DNA from: a virus | Strand: one strand, 5' to 3' | IMG/VR virus record: IMGVR_UViG_3300009702_000003 | Coordinates: 1-46,543 of that record | Length of the DNA: 46,543 nucleotides | Shown: positions 39,747 to 46,543 of the stretch, in pieces | How the letters are laid out: the number at the start of each line of letters is the position of its first letter | Numbering within the stretch: the stretch's first letter is position 1 | Notes under the pieces: generated by a model | Told to the model about the DNA's origin: nothing | Databases searched by the model: none | The model's input: only the letters and a program-made list of their open reading frames with translations | Translations under genes and position numbers: made by a program

Positions 39747-40655
39747 CTAGTAGTTAAACATCTCCCTTAGTTTGTCTTCTTTACCGCTAGCAGTCAATAC
39801 ACTACGTCGGATAGACTCTTCAGGGGTTATCTGTTCTTTAGTACCACTAAGGTCTTGGGAACGTGCCCCTGCTCTTATAGTCCCATCTGATTGTGACTGT
39901 ATCTGATCCTGAGAGGTCCCAGAACCATCTTGTTCAGAAGTTATATACTTACCAACAAGCATTGCAAGATAACCAGGTGCCTGCAAAACTGTATCCCCTA
40001 TGCTTCTTATTTCAGCAACTAGTGGTGAGTTGTTAGGATCCTGTATCATTTGTGCCAATACAGGCTTAGCAGCATCACCATACGTATTCAGGGCAGTTTG
40101 CATCTCACGCCTTAATGCGCTTTCTAGAACCTGTCTCTCTTGTTGCAACTTCTGTTCTTCCCGAGCAGGAGCTTGCAAATCCTCAATCTTTTTCAGGATT
40201 TGCTTTGTCTGAACCTCACCGGCCATTTGCAGTAACTGTACTGTAGTACCGGCAGGGTCTTTCTCCATACGCTCTGATAACAATGCCATTTCTTCATCAG
40301 TGAAGCTAAGGGCAGTCACTTTCTCTTCTTCATCCACCTTTGCCTCTTCCGGGGGGTGGAGTGTCATAGTCTTCTCTATGCCCTGTATCTGGCCTTCTAG
40401 AGAAGAAATGTGTCTGTCCTTGTCAGCTAATTGTTGTCTAAGCTTCTGGATTTCGCTCCCATCACCGTCAGGTACTTTTATACCCTGGTCTGGTTGCACA
40501 TTTTGAACAGTCTGGTTAGATTCGTTCCCTACGTCCTGAGTCTCTGTAGAGTCGAAGCTAGTTATCGCAGTTAGATCATCGTAGCCTGCAACGATCACTT
40601 GCGGGTCATTAACATCTGACTCTACATGCTCTGTCTGTGTTGGGTTGTCAGCCAT
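39747..40655 (-). CDS. Scaffolding protein candidate
   Basis: Acidic, Gln/Glu-rich and helical, 302 aa, immediately upstream of the capsid gene. Confidence 0.55.
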   Translation of the reverse strand: MADNPTQTEHVESDVNDPQVIVAGYDDLTAITSFDSTETQDVGNESNQTVQNVQPDQGIKVPDGDGSEIQKLRQQLADKDRHISSLEGQIQGIEKTMTLHPPEEAKVDEEEKVTALSFTDEEMALLSERMEKDPAGTTVQLLQMAGEVQTKQILKKIEDLQAPAREEQKLQQERQVLESALRREMQTALNTYGDAAKPVLAQMIQDPNNSPLVAEIRSIGDTVLQAPGYLAMLVGKYITSEQDGSGTSQDQIQSQSDGTIRAGARSQDLSGTKEQITPEESIRRSVLTASGKEDKLREMFNY

Positions 40656-40680
40656 CTCTGTTTTCTATCAGTCTTGTCTA

Positions 40681-40854
40681 TTATGGAAGTTTCTTTGCAG
40701 GACTTACGCCTGGCTTAAAATTTCCCACAGGATAATTGGGCTTAGGGTCTAGGGAACGGTGTCCCTTCATACCTGCTACCGCAGAGCCCTTTGTTGAAAC
40801 TGGTTCACCCTGGGAAGGAATACTACCCTTGGGTGGGTGGAATGATCCGGCCAT
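40681..40854 (-). CDS. Small Pro/Gly/Lys-rich ORF (57 aa), below the ORF-track cutoff
   Basis: ATG at 40854..40852 in a TAATG overlap with the preceding small ORF. Translation: MAGSFHPPKGSIPSQGEPVSTKGSAVAGMKGHRSLDPKPNYPVGNFKPGVSPAKKLP. Confidence 0.4.
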   Translation of the reverse strand: MAGSFHPPKGSIPSQGEPVSTKGSAVAGMKGHRSLDPKPNYPVGNFKPGVSPAKKLP

Positions 40855-41000
40855 TACTCTTCACCACCTTCGTCTGGAAATAGTTCGTCTACTAGAGCAA
40901 GGACTCTGCCCTTTATCATAGGCCAGAGCTGGTCTATTACCTCTAGTGCTATCTTTCGTGCATTCTTACGTACTAGATTCATCAGGAGTTTAGATAACAT
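40854..41000 (-). CDS. Small ORF (48 aa), below the ORF-track cutoff
   Basis: The ATG at 41000 is preceded by GAAAGGTG 7 nt upstream. Translation: MLSKLLMNLVRKNARKIALEVIDQLWPMIKGRVLALVDELFPDEGGEE. It fills an otherwise empty 364-nt gap. Confidence 0.45.
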   Translation of the reverse strand: MLSKLLMNLVRKNARKIALEVIDQLWPMIKGRVLALVDELFPDEGGEE

Positions 41001-41019
41001 GTGTTGCACCTTTCATTAG

Positions 41020-41331
41020 TTACTGTGGTAGTTCCTGTAAAGTTTCGTCCTGTAAAGCCTTTTCAAACAGAAGCCATAGTTCCTCTGCACCTAAGAGACA
41101 GCCTCTTGTAACATTGTGTGCATTCTCTGTTAGAGAGGGCAGTGGCTGAGCTAATGAGTTCATTTTCAACATCTTGTAGGTTAGGAACCAAGACTTAACA
41201 TACTTCCCAGCATCTGTTAACAAGAACCTCTTGATATGCCTCAAAATATCTGGTGGGACATCTCCTATGTTTAGGATCTCTGGAGGTTTCTCTGTCATTA
41301 CTACTTTTAGTTCAATTCCGTCTTCCATCAC
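41020..41331 (-). CDS. Hypothetical protein (103 aa)
   Basis: Clean ORF between the portal and scaffold genes. Confidence 0.6.
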   Translation of the reverse strand: MMEDGIELKVVMTEKPPEILNIGDVPPDILRHIKRFLLTDAGKYVKSWFLTYKMLKMNSLAQPLPSLTENAHNVTRGCLLGAEELWLLFEKALQDETLQELPQ

Positions 41332-41353
41332 TTACCTTGATTGGACATCTGCA

Positions 41354-43165
41354 TTATCCTGCAGTGCCTTCATTTGCGCCACCCCTGGGATTTATAGCAT
41401 CTGCTACAGCTCCTATCGGTGACTGGTTACTTTGGTTTGGTGCTGAACCTTGTGCTGGGCCTTCTGTATCAGCGGGTGTAAGACTAGTTTGGTTCTGTGC
41501 AGGTGTCTGTGGTGTAACTGGTAGGTCAAGAGACTCCATTAGTCTAGTTATCAATATGCTGATTATTGGGTCTGTCCTTACCTGTGGAGGAATTTGTGCT
41601 ATAACCCCTATAGCCTCTTCTGTCTTTCGTAGACTAACTTCCTTATTAATAGGATCTGTCTGTCCCACGTCTACTCTGACATCTAGAATTGCTCCACCAG
41701 TTGCTAGTAGGTCTGGGTCTAGTGTGGCCTCCTGCGCTTCTGGTCCTACTATTTCAATCCTTCTTTCCTTGTCAATCTTTTGCTCGTTCAGTGATATAAG
41801 CATTTCTCCCATTGGCTTGATTACACTTTCAACTAGCTTATGGAATTTGAGACCTACTCTAGAATTTGCAGCTTGTGCAAGAATAGTTGCAGCAGTAGCA
41901 GTTTCAGAACCTGCATTGGTACCCAAGCCCTTGAAGTTATCATTAGCCCCTGATACCTCCTGTAGAAGAATCCTTATTGCATCTTCTTCTCTGTAGCCTG
42001 GTGCAAACTGCCCACCAGGGTATAGTGCCTTAATATCTCGGTCAATGTCTCCAGCCCAGATAATCTTCTGTGGACCCCACTGTACAGCCTTTTGAGTTAT
42101 TGGAGAGCCTAACCTTGCTACAAAAGTTGGGAATACTCCTCTCTTTGCAGCTTCTAGTCTAAGGTTATGTATCTCATTAAGCTCCATTGTCAAAGCATCT
42201 AGAATTTGAGGCTCACCCATTGCTTGCAGCTTGAAGGGAAGGGGATTATCCTTTGCTAGGAGGAATGGAATTCTCTGGTGCCAGTATGGGTTAGGGCCTT
42301 GGAACAGAAACATTTCTGGTTCTAGAACTACTATAGCTCTACGAGTTGGCTCCCAATACTCAAGAACGTCAAACTCCCACATTCTCGCCTTATCTCTATA
42401 ACCCCCGTCAAACACACTAGTCCCAGCTAATGCCTCCCTGTTTCTTTCAACTTTCTCCGCCTGTGCATCTAGCTCTGACTTTCTTTGCTTTCTGAGCTTA
42501 TTTACTGTCTCTTGTCTTCCAGGTACTTGTAGATCTTGTAGTAACTGATCTATCTCATGTAGCTGTAACTTACTGCGGTGTATGAGCCAACCCATGTCTG
42601 TCATATCTACAGCAGTAGGATCAGGGTATATATCTTCTGGAGGGACTAGATCTAGAAATGGGTCATCCTTGACTACTACTTCTCTAGTACCTGTTCCTCC
42701 TCCTGGAATTCTAAACTTCCTGGTTTGCCTTACCGTTTCCCAACCAAGCTTCATCCAGCCATAGCCATACACTAAAACTCCTCTGCAGAAATCTTCTAGT
42801 TTCAGTGGCATCTTTAGCAGTTCCCACTGGTAGTCTATTAACTGTTTATGAGTCTGTGCTTTAGCAGTATCTTCTGGGTTTCTTGCTACAATTGCTATAG
42901 CAGGTCTCTGTGTTACTATCCTGGGAAGGAAAGCTTCTACTGTACTAAAGATAACTGGAATAGACAGGGACGTTGCATAGGGCCAGTCCTTAACTGGAGC
43001 TTGGCTTGTGTACAGTGCATCCCACCTTTGCCACATATCTTCCTGTGGCTGTCTCCAATCTCTACTAGCTTTGAACCTGTCTATAACTATAGACAGCATA
43101 TCCTTGTCAGTAGCCGTAATCCTTGGGTCAGGATCTACACTCTTGCTTGAAACATTTGTAGCCAT
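41354..43165 (-). CDS. Portal protein
   Basis: 603 aa, immediately downstream of terL. It has a C-terminal low-complexity tail (PAQNQTSLTPADTEGPAQGSAPNQSNQSPIG). Called on size and synteny. Confidence 0.65.
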   Translation of the reverse strand: MATNVSSKSVDPDPRITATDKDMLSIVIDRFKASRDWRQPQEDMWQRWDALYTSQAPVKDWPYATSLSIPVIFSTVEAFLPRIVTQRPAIAIVARNPEDTAKAQTHKQLIDYQWELLKMPLKLEDFCRGVLVYGYGWMKLGWETVRQTRKFRIPGGGTGTREVVVKDDPFLDLVPPEDIYPDPTAVDMTDMGWLIHRSKLQLHEIDQLLQDLQVPGRQETVNKLRKQRKSELDAQAEKVERNREALAGTSVFDGGYRDKARMWEFDVLEYWEPTRRAIVVLEPEMFLFQGPNPYWHQRIPFLLAKDNPLPFKLQAMGEPQILDALTMELNEIHNLRLEAAKRGVFPTFVARLGSPITQKAVQWGPQKIIWAGDIDRDIKALYPGGQFAPGYREEDAIRILLQEVSGANDNFKGLGTNAGSETATAATILAQAANSRVGLKFHKLVESVIKPMGEMLISLNEQKIDKERRIEIVGPEAQEATLDPDLLATGGAILDVRVDVGQTDPINKEVSLRKTEEAIGVIAQIPPQVRTDPIISILITRLMESLDLPVTPQTPAQNQTSLTPADTEGPAQGSAPNQSNQSPIGAVADAINPRGGANEGTAG

Positions 43166-43172
43166 AATCTTA

Positions 43173-44681
43173 TTAGATTCCTACAGTAGACCTTCCCTCA
43201 AAGCCTATTTGTCTAGTATCCCAAGGATTTCCAGACATACTAATTTGTTCAGAAGTAGTCTCATCATCCTGGAACTGTCTCTGTTGCTCAGCAATAGCAT
43301 GAGATGGTATGTATATAGGCTTTGAAGCTAGAAGGTATCGCAAGGCATCTGGCAAATGGTCTTTATACTTTCTTGGTTTGTCTGGAGCATTCTTGTCATG
43401 ATAGCTTCTATTGCTGTCCCACTGATATTGATTGAGATACCTTATTAGTTTTGGACATTTAGTCGCATGTATGTATACCTTAGGTAATTCACTACTATGC
43501 TCAAGTGTAGCTCGCAAGTACTCTGATACTACCTGATACCCATATTGTACATTGTTAAGAGCATCCTGTGTATAAATACCATAGTACTCATACAAATCCT
43601 TTGTAGACCGACCAGTTTCATCATTTCTAGAATTAGCCTTTGGGTCAATAACAGTAGTGCAGATTGGATAAGATGTCTTAGCATTAATGGCTAGAGCATG
43701 ATCTCTAACAAGTGTGCTCCTTGCTTCATACTCATCATAGACCCAGACATCATTCTTAGTATCTACTGCAGCCCAGATACATGCTGTTGGGTTATTACTA
43801 CCAGGATCTATAGCCCTGTAGTGTGTCCACCCAGGCTGTATCAAAAGCATATCATCATTGTACAGATGAGCTGGACTCTCTCTAGTCCAAAGTCTGTCTT
43901 TAAAGTCTGGGTAAATAACACCCCTCTTTGCAACGAACTGTGCTTTATATTCCTGTAAGAAGATCAGGTGTGGAGTTCTACGCTTCTTGTCTTCTATCCA
44001 CTGCCTGTCTAGGTAGGGATTGTCTGCAGACTCTATCTGGCTAGATCTCCAACCCTGTTTGTAACCTTCCCCTTCTGGATCTCTACCCTCTTCCCAAAGA
44101 TCGTATATCCAGTCATACCCTTCTGGAGTAGTAATGAAAAGTGCTCTGCCTTTTCTGTCAAGTAATGTTGGTTCTAAGTACTCATCCCAGATATCAGATG
44201 GTGCTTCTGCAGCCTCGTCAAAGATTAGTAAGTCTAAACCTTCTCCTAGTAATCCCTTTGGCTTTTCTGCTGACTTACCTTCTATCCATGAGCCCCATTT
44301 CATCTCAATGTATCTAGAATCTCTGGAATTACTACACTTTACTACAGAACCTGGTCCATAAATTTCATCGTCTACTACTGCTTTCCAGATCAGCCTGAAT
44401 ACCTTGTGTGTCAAGTTATGCGTAGGAGCTACAATCCATGTCCTGGTATTGGGAATACCTAACATGATTAGCCCTTCACCGGCTGCTGCCTGTGTCTTGC
44501 CCCCTCTTCGCCCCCAAACTGCTACATGATTCTGCCAATACTCAAAATGTATCTTTGCCTGTCCTGGGTGTGGTGTGTAGCACTCCCCATTTTCTAAGAT
44601 CCACTGTGAGAATAGTGCTTTCTTAATCTGTGTAAGAAGCTCAGGTTTAGTGTATAGATCCTGTAACCTCAGCCTCTTCAT
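43173..44681 (-). CDS. terL: Terminase large subunit
   Basis: Walker A-like VWGRRGGKTQAAAGE and Walker B LDLLIFDEAAE. The C-terminal nuclease-like region carries acidic motifs (AIDPG, VIDPKAN, DALRY). Confidence 0.9.
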   Translation of the reverse strand: MKRLRLQDLYTKPELLTQIKKALFSQWILENGECYTPHPGQAKIHFEYWQNHVAVWGRRGGKTQAAAGEGLIMLGIPNTRTWIVAPTHNLTHKVFRLIWKAVVDDEIYGPGSVVKCSNSRDSRYIEMKWGSWIEGKSAEKPKGLLGEGLDLLIFDEAAEAPSDIWDEYLEPTLLDRKGRALFITTPEGYDWIYDLWEEGRDPEGEGYKQGWRSSQIESADNPYLDRQWIEDKKRRTPHLIFLQEYKAQFVAKRGVIYPDFKDRLWTRESPAHLYNDDMLLIQPGWTHYRAIDPGSNNPTACIWAAVDTKNDVWVYDEYEARSTLVRDHALAINAKTSYPICTTVIDPKANSRNDETGRSTKDLYEYYGIYTQDALNNVQYGYQVVSEYLRATLEHSSELPKVYIHATKCPKLIRYLNQYQWDSNRSYHDKNAPDKPRKYKDHLPDALRYLLASKPIYIPSHAIAEQQRQFQDDETTSEQISMSGNPWDTRQIGFEGRSTVGI

Positions 44682-45153
44682 TACTTTCTTTCTTCTTGTC
44701 TAGGATGTTTTCTAAAGCCTCTTCAATTGGAGACTTTGTAGCAGTCTGGAATGTAATCTTGCTACCCTGATCCTCAACATTTAGTAGCTTTAGGTAGTTT
44801 CTATACTCTGCAGATACTCCCATGTACTCTTCATCTGTTGGATCCAGTGGAGCCAATGTATCTCTTAGTTTAGAAGCTTCCACAGCTATAGCCTTCATCC
44901 TACTAGTCTGCTCAACTAAAGGCATATTGCGCCAAGTCTTGCGTAACTTCTGGTGTTCTTCCTCTACAAGCTCCTGACCAGACATACTTTCAAAGAAATA
45001 GCCTATGGTCTGTGTTGTGGCAGAGATACCAAAGTCTTCCAGAATCATGTCTTTAATTCTAGAATAGGTAGCTCCAGAGAGCCTAGCCTGGCAAACCAGT
45101 CTCTTTTGGTCTGTTGTTAACTTTGTGAGGTATGTTCCAAATTTACTAGCCAT
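44647..45153 (-). CDS. terS: Terminase small subunit-like DNA-binding protein
   Basis: The N-terminal HTH-like segment is TTDQKRLVCQARLSGATYSRIKDMI. It overlaps terL by 35 nt and is the first gene of the late arm. Confidence 0.55.
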   Translation of the reverse strand: MASKFGTYLTKLTTDQKRLVCQARLSGATYSRIKDMILEDFGISATTQTIGYFFESMSGQELVEEEHQKLRKTWRNMPLVEQTSRMKAIAVEASKLRDTLAPLDPTDEEYMGVSAEYRNYLKLLNVEDQGSKITFQTATKSPIEEALENILDKKKESNEEAEVTGSIH

Positions 45154-45192
45154 TACCAGACTTTCCCTATGCTAAGCTACCAAATCTTAGTG

Positions 45193-45221
45193 AGTATTGC
45201 ACACTTTAGATAGTTTGTCAA
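45193..45221 (-). promoter_or_regulatory. Proximal late promoter candidate TTGACA-N17-AATACT (TGC before the -10)
   Basis: The minus strand reads TTGACAAACTATCTAAAGTGTGCAATACT. The -35 is at 45221..45216 and the -10 at 45198..45193, about 35 nt upstream of the terS-like ATG. Confidence 0.45.
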
Positions 45222-45416
45222 GTCCTTACCACAAGTTCTTGTGGGTGCATTGTCCTGGTGTGGACCTATAAATGGGTGTATATGACAGTAACAGAACAGG
45301 TATTGTTTTAGAATAGTCTTAATAAGATCTGTTATGACCCAATAGCAAGGTCTTGCATGTCTGGCAATGCCTTTGTTCGGGGGGTTATGACAGGATAATG
45401 CATTAGCATAGTGCCA

Positions 45417-45456
45417 GGACATGTACATGTCCAGTACTGCTTGACAGGACCTGTCA
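45417..45456. promoter_or_regulatory. Two perfect palindromes just downstream of the distal late promoter (operator-like)
   Basis: TGACAGG-A-CCTGTCA (45442..45456) starts 3 nt downstream of the -10 of the minus-strand promoter. GGACATGTACATGTCC (45417..45432) follows. A further TGACAGGA lies at 45388..45395. Confidence 0.55.
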
Positions 45457-45459
45457 GGT

Positions 45460-45488
45460 GTTATAGCACATTTTGTAATAGTTGTCAA
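45460..45488 (-). promoter_or_regulatory. Distal late promoter TTGACA-N17-TATAAC with a TGC extended -10
   Basis: The minus strand reads TTGACAACTATTACAAAATGTGCTATAAC. The -35 is at 45488..45483 and the -10 at 45465..45460. This is the best sigma70 match in the window. Confidence 0.6.
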
Positions 45489-45553
45489 GTCTATGGCCCC
45501 TAACTAAAGGGGGAGGTCTGTAATAGCTTAGTAGAGGCCCTGCAGTCTAGTTT

Positions 45554-45782
45554 TAGTTCTAAAAATTCTAAAATAATGAGGGGGAAAACGCCTAGAATAA
45601 TAACTGTATTCTATAAATTCTTAGAAATAGGGGCAATTAAAGGGCAATTAAAGGGGGTAATAACTGCCTATGACAATACTTTACCAAAATGTTAGTAATA
45701 AGTCCAATAATACCAAGTATTTAGAGTTCTAAAAATTCTAAAGAATTACTAACATTTGCAGGTATTGTTTAAAATTCTAAAG
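45554..45782. repeat. AT-rich iteron-like repeats (TTCTAAA units)
   Basis: AGTTCTAAAAATTCTAAA occurs at 45555..45572 and again at 45725..45742. AAAATTCTAAAG also occurs at 45771..45782. TTCTAAA heptamers start at 45558, 45567, 45728, 45737 and 45775. Confidence 0.7.
45598..45666. repeat. TAATAACTG repeats flanking a tandem GGGCAATTAAA duplication
   Basis: TAATAACTG is at 45598..45606 and 45658..45666. GGGCAATTAAA is at 45631..45641 and 45642..45652, followed by GGGGG. Confidence 0.7.
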
Positions 45783-45885
45783 TAGTTATTACTTACTAAA
45801 AATTTATAGAACTACTGAGTATTTGGTTTGACAGTATTATCTTACTTTTAGGATTTACTTGGTAAAGCCAAACTGGTGCTAAAAC

Positions 45886-45915
45886 TTGAGTGGGTATGCA
45901 TGTGCTATCTATAAA
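45886..45915 (+). promoter_or_regulatory. Candidate rightward (early) promoter TTGAGT-N18-TATAAA
   Basis: TTGAGT is at 45886..45891 and TATAAA at 45910..45915. An AT-rich block lies upstream. It faces the G+C-rich leader and the early genes. Confidence 0.35.
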
Positions 45916-46232
45916 CTGGGAGGAGAAGAAGGCCGTGCTGGGTCCCACGACAGGGGGCTACCCCCCGGCATGCTCTGTCAGGAACAGCATTGCAACCCCC
46001 TGCCTCTGCCTAAAACATGCCACAGGGCAGCACAGTCCACCTTTGCCAGGGAGGCAAAGCTTGACAGTGCTCAGGAACACCCGACGTGCTTGGACTTGCA
46101 AATAGCCGGGACATTGTGTGTGGATATGTACCTTAGCAGAACCAGGTAATACTCTCAGTGCCCACGAGACACGTCCAAGCACTTGAACTGCTAACATTTC
46201 ACCCTAGCCAAGGAGTACCTGTAACATCAAGC

Positions 46233-46289
46233 GGACAGGCGAAGCGCCTGACAGCACAGTCCCATAGGGACAGGTGAAGCACCTGACAG
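46233..46289 (+). repeat. Two 22-nt hairpin units, GGACAGG(C/T)GAAGC(G/A)CCTGACAG
   Basis: The units are at 46233..46254 and 46268..46289. They differ only at two positions, which are the partners of one stem base pair (C46240:G46246 versus T46275:A46281). Confidence 0.8.
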
Positions 46290-46383
46290 TATTGTGTCAG
46301 CACCCCGACTCTCTCACAGCCTAAAGTAGCTGTAAAGGGCAAGCTGTAAAACAACTCAAAACAAAGTGCTCAAACTAGCCTCT

Positions 46384-46415
46384 AGGGCATTGGTCCCAGG
46401 TTGAGCCAATGCCCT
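46384..46415 (+). repeat. 10-bp stem hairpin ending 5 nt before the terminal repeat
   Basis: AGGGCATTGG (46384..46393) pairs with CCAATGCCCT (46406..46415) across a 12-nt loop. Confidence 0.6.
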
Positions 46416-46420
46416 GTCCA

Positions 46421-46543
46421 AGGACTAAACCGTGCTACTGCACTTTCTTTTGACTTCTTTTCCAGCCAACTTCAGCTATATCTGTCATGCTACGCATGAC
46501 TAAACTGCTGGAAAGTCTGTCCCTTGACAGCTACTAAAAAAGG
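46421..46543. repeat. Terminal direct repeat, right copy
   Basis: Identical to nt 1..123. Confidence 0.9.

Noticed and set aside
45177-45488. 103-aa Cys/His-rich ORF on the - strand (TTG start; internal ATG giving 83 aa) upstream of the terS-like gene.
   Set aside because: Its listed start coincides with the -35 box of the distal late promoter, and the ORF body contains the operator palindromes and the proximal promoter. It has no Shine-Dalgarno sequence, and the composition (8 Cys, 7 His, Trp/Tyr-rich) looks non-biological. A small zinc-binding protein cannot be fully excluded.
45554-45782. Possibility that the AT-rich repeats are a CRISPR array.
   Set aside because: The repeat units are 7-18 nt, irregularly spaced and partly tandem, with no 25-40 nt repeat-spacer periodicity. 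No cas genes are present.
45886-46197. ORFs 45886..46149, 45890..46105 (including a GTG start after a GGGAGGAG at 45918..45925) and 45958..46197 (-).
   Set aside because: They overlap one another in three frames. The translations are rich in Cys, Pro, Arg and Thr with no recognisable motif, and the region is better explained as structured non-coding DNA/RNA.
1-46543. Searched for a T7-type single-subunit RNA polymerase (given the T7-like order of tail and internal-core genes), a primase, and thymidylate synthase or dUTPase.
   Set aside because: No ORF has the length or motifs of a phage RNAP. The only ORFs over 800 aa are the polymerase and the 1441-aa virion protein. No TOPRIM or AEP primase motifs, or ThyA/ThyX motifs, were recognised by eye. 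Sigma70-like promoters suggest reliance on host RNAP. Absence calls made by eye are provisional.

Overview
The window is one complete, gene-dense tailed-phage genome of about 46.4 kb with a podovirus-like structural module. It is bounded by an exact 123-bp terminal direct repeat (1..123 = 46421..46543). There are two opposed arms. The rightward early/replication arm (346..20574, + strand) encodes two SLOG-family proteins (YpsA/DUF1273-like, and a DUF2493 with a 2-TM N-terminal extension), an SSB-like protein, a CobS/MoxR-like AAA+ ATPase with a vWA-like partner, a Cas4-like PD-(D/E)XK nuclease, a calcineurin-type phosphoesterase, a family-4 UDG domain fused to an exo+ family A DNA polymerase, a DnaB-like helicase, an XRE regulator, a HAD-like protein with degenerate catalytic Asp residues, a dCMP-deaminase-family enzyme and one tRNA (anticodon UAU). 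The leftward late arm (45153..20571, - strand) encodes terS-like, terL, portal, scaffold and major capsid proteins, small virion proteins, two tail fibres, a collagen-like protein and adaptor/tubular-like proteins. It continues with a GNAT acetyltransferase, four internal-virion-like proteins (one of 1441 aa), and then an FmdB zinc ribbon, a membrane protein, a SleB-type hydrolase and a secreted HExxH peptidase. I found no phage RNA polymerase, integrase, primase, CRISPR array or transposase. The arms diverge from a non-coding control region of about 1.6 kb (45154..46420 plus 124..345) and converge with a 4-nt overlap at 20571..20574. Five observations deserve most attention. (1) The early-arm pair of SLOG proteins, one membrane-tethered, together with the AAA+/vWA pair is a candidate host-takeover or counter-defence module. 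(2) A regulatory motif family (the TGACAGGA 8-mer and GACAGG..CCTGACAG hairpin units) is confined to non-coding DNA, and one hairpin pair shows a compensatory base-pair change. (3) A promoter-operator-structured leader-terminator unit lies upstream of the deaminase operon and may be an attenuator or sRNA. (4) Three or four sharply G+C-rich islands sit in a genome of about 40% G+C, covering the early module, an internal cassette with a frameshift scar, and the tail-fibre tip. (5) The polymerase has an SPO1-like UDG-PolA architecture. All functional calls come from motif reading by eye, with no database search, and coordinates of non-ORF features may be off by 1-2 nt.
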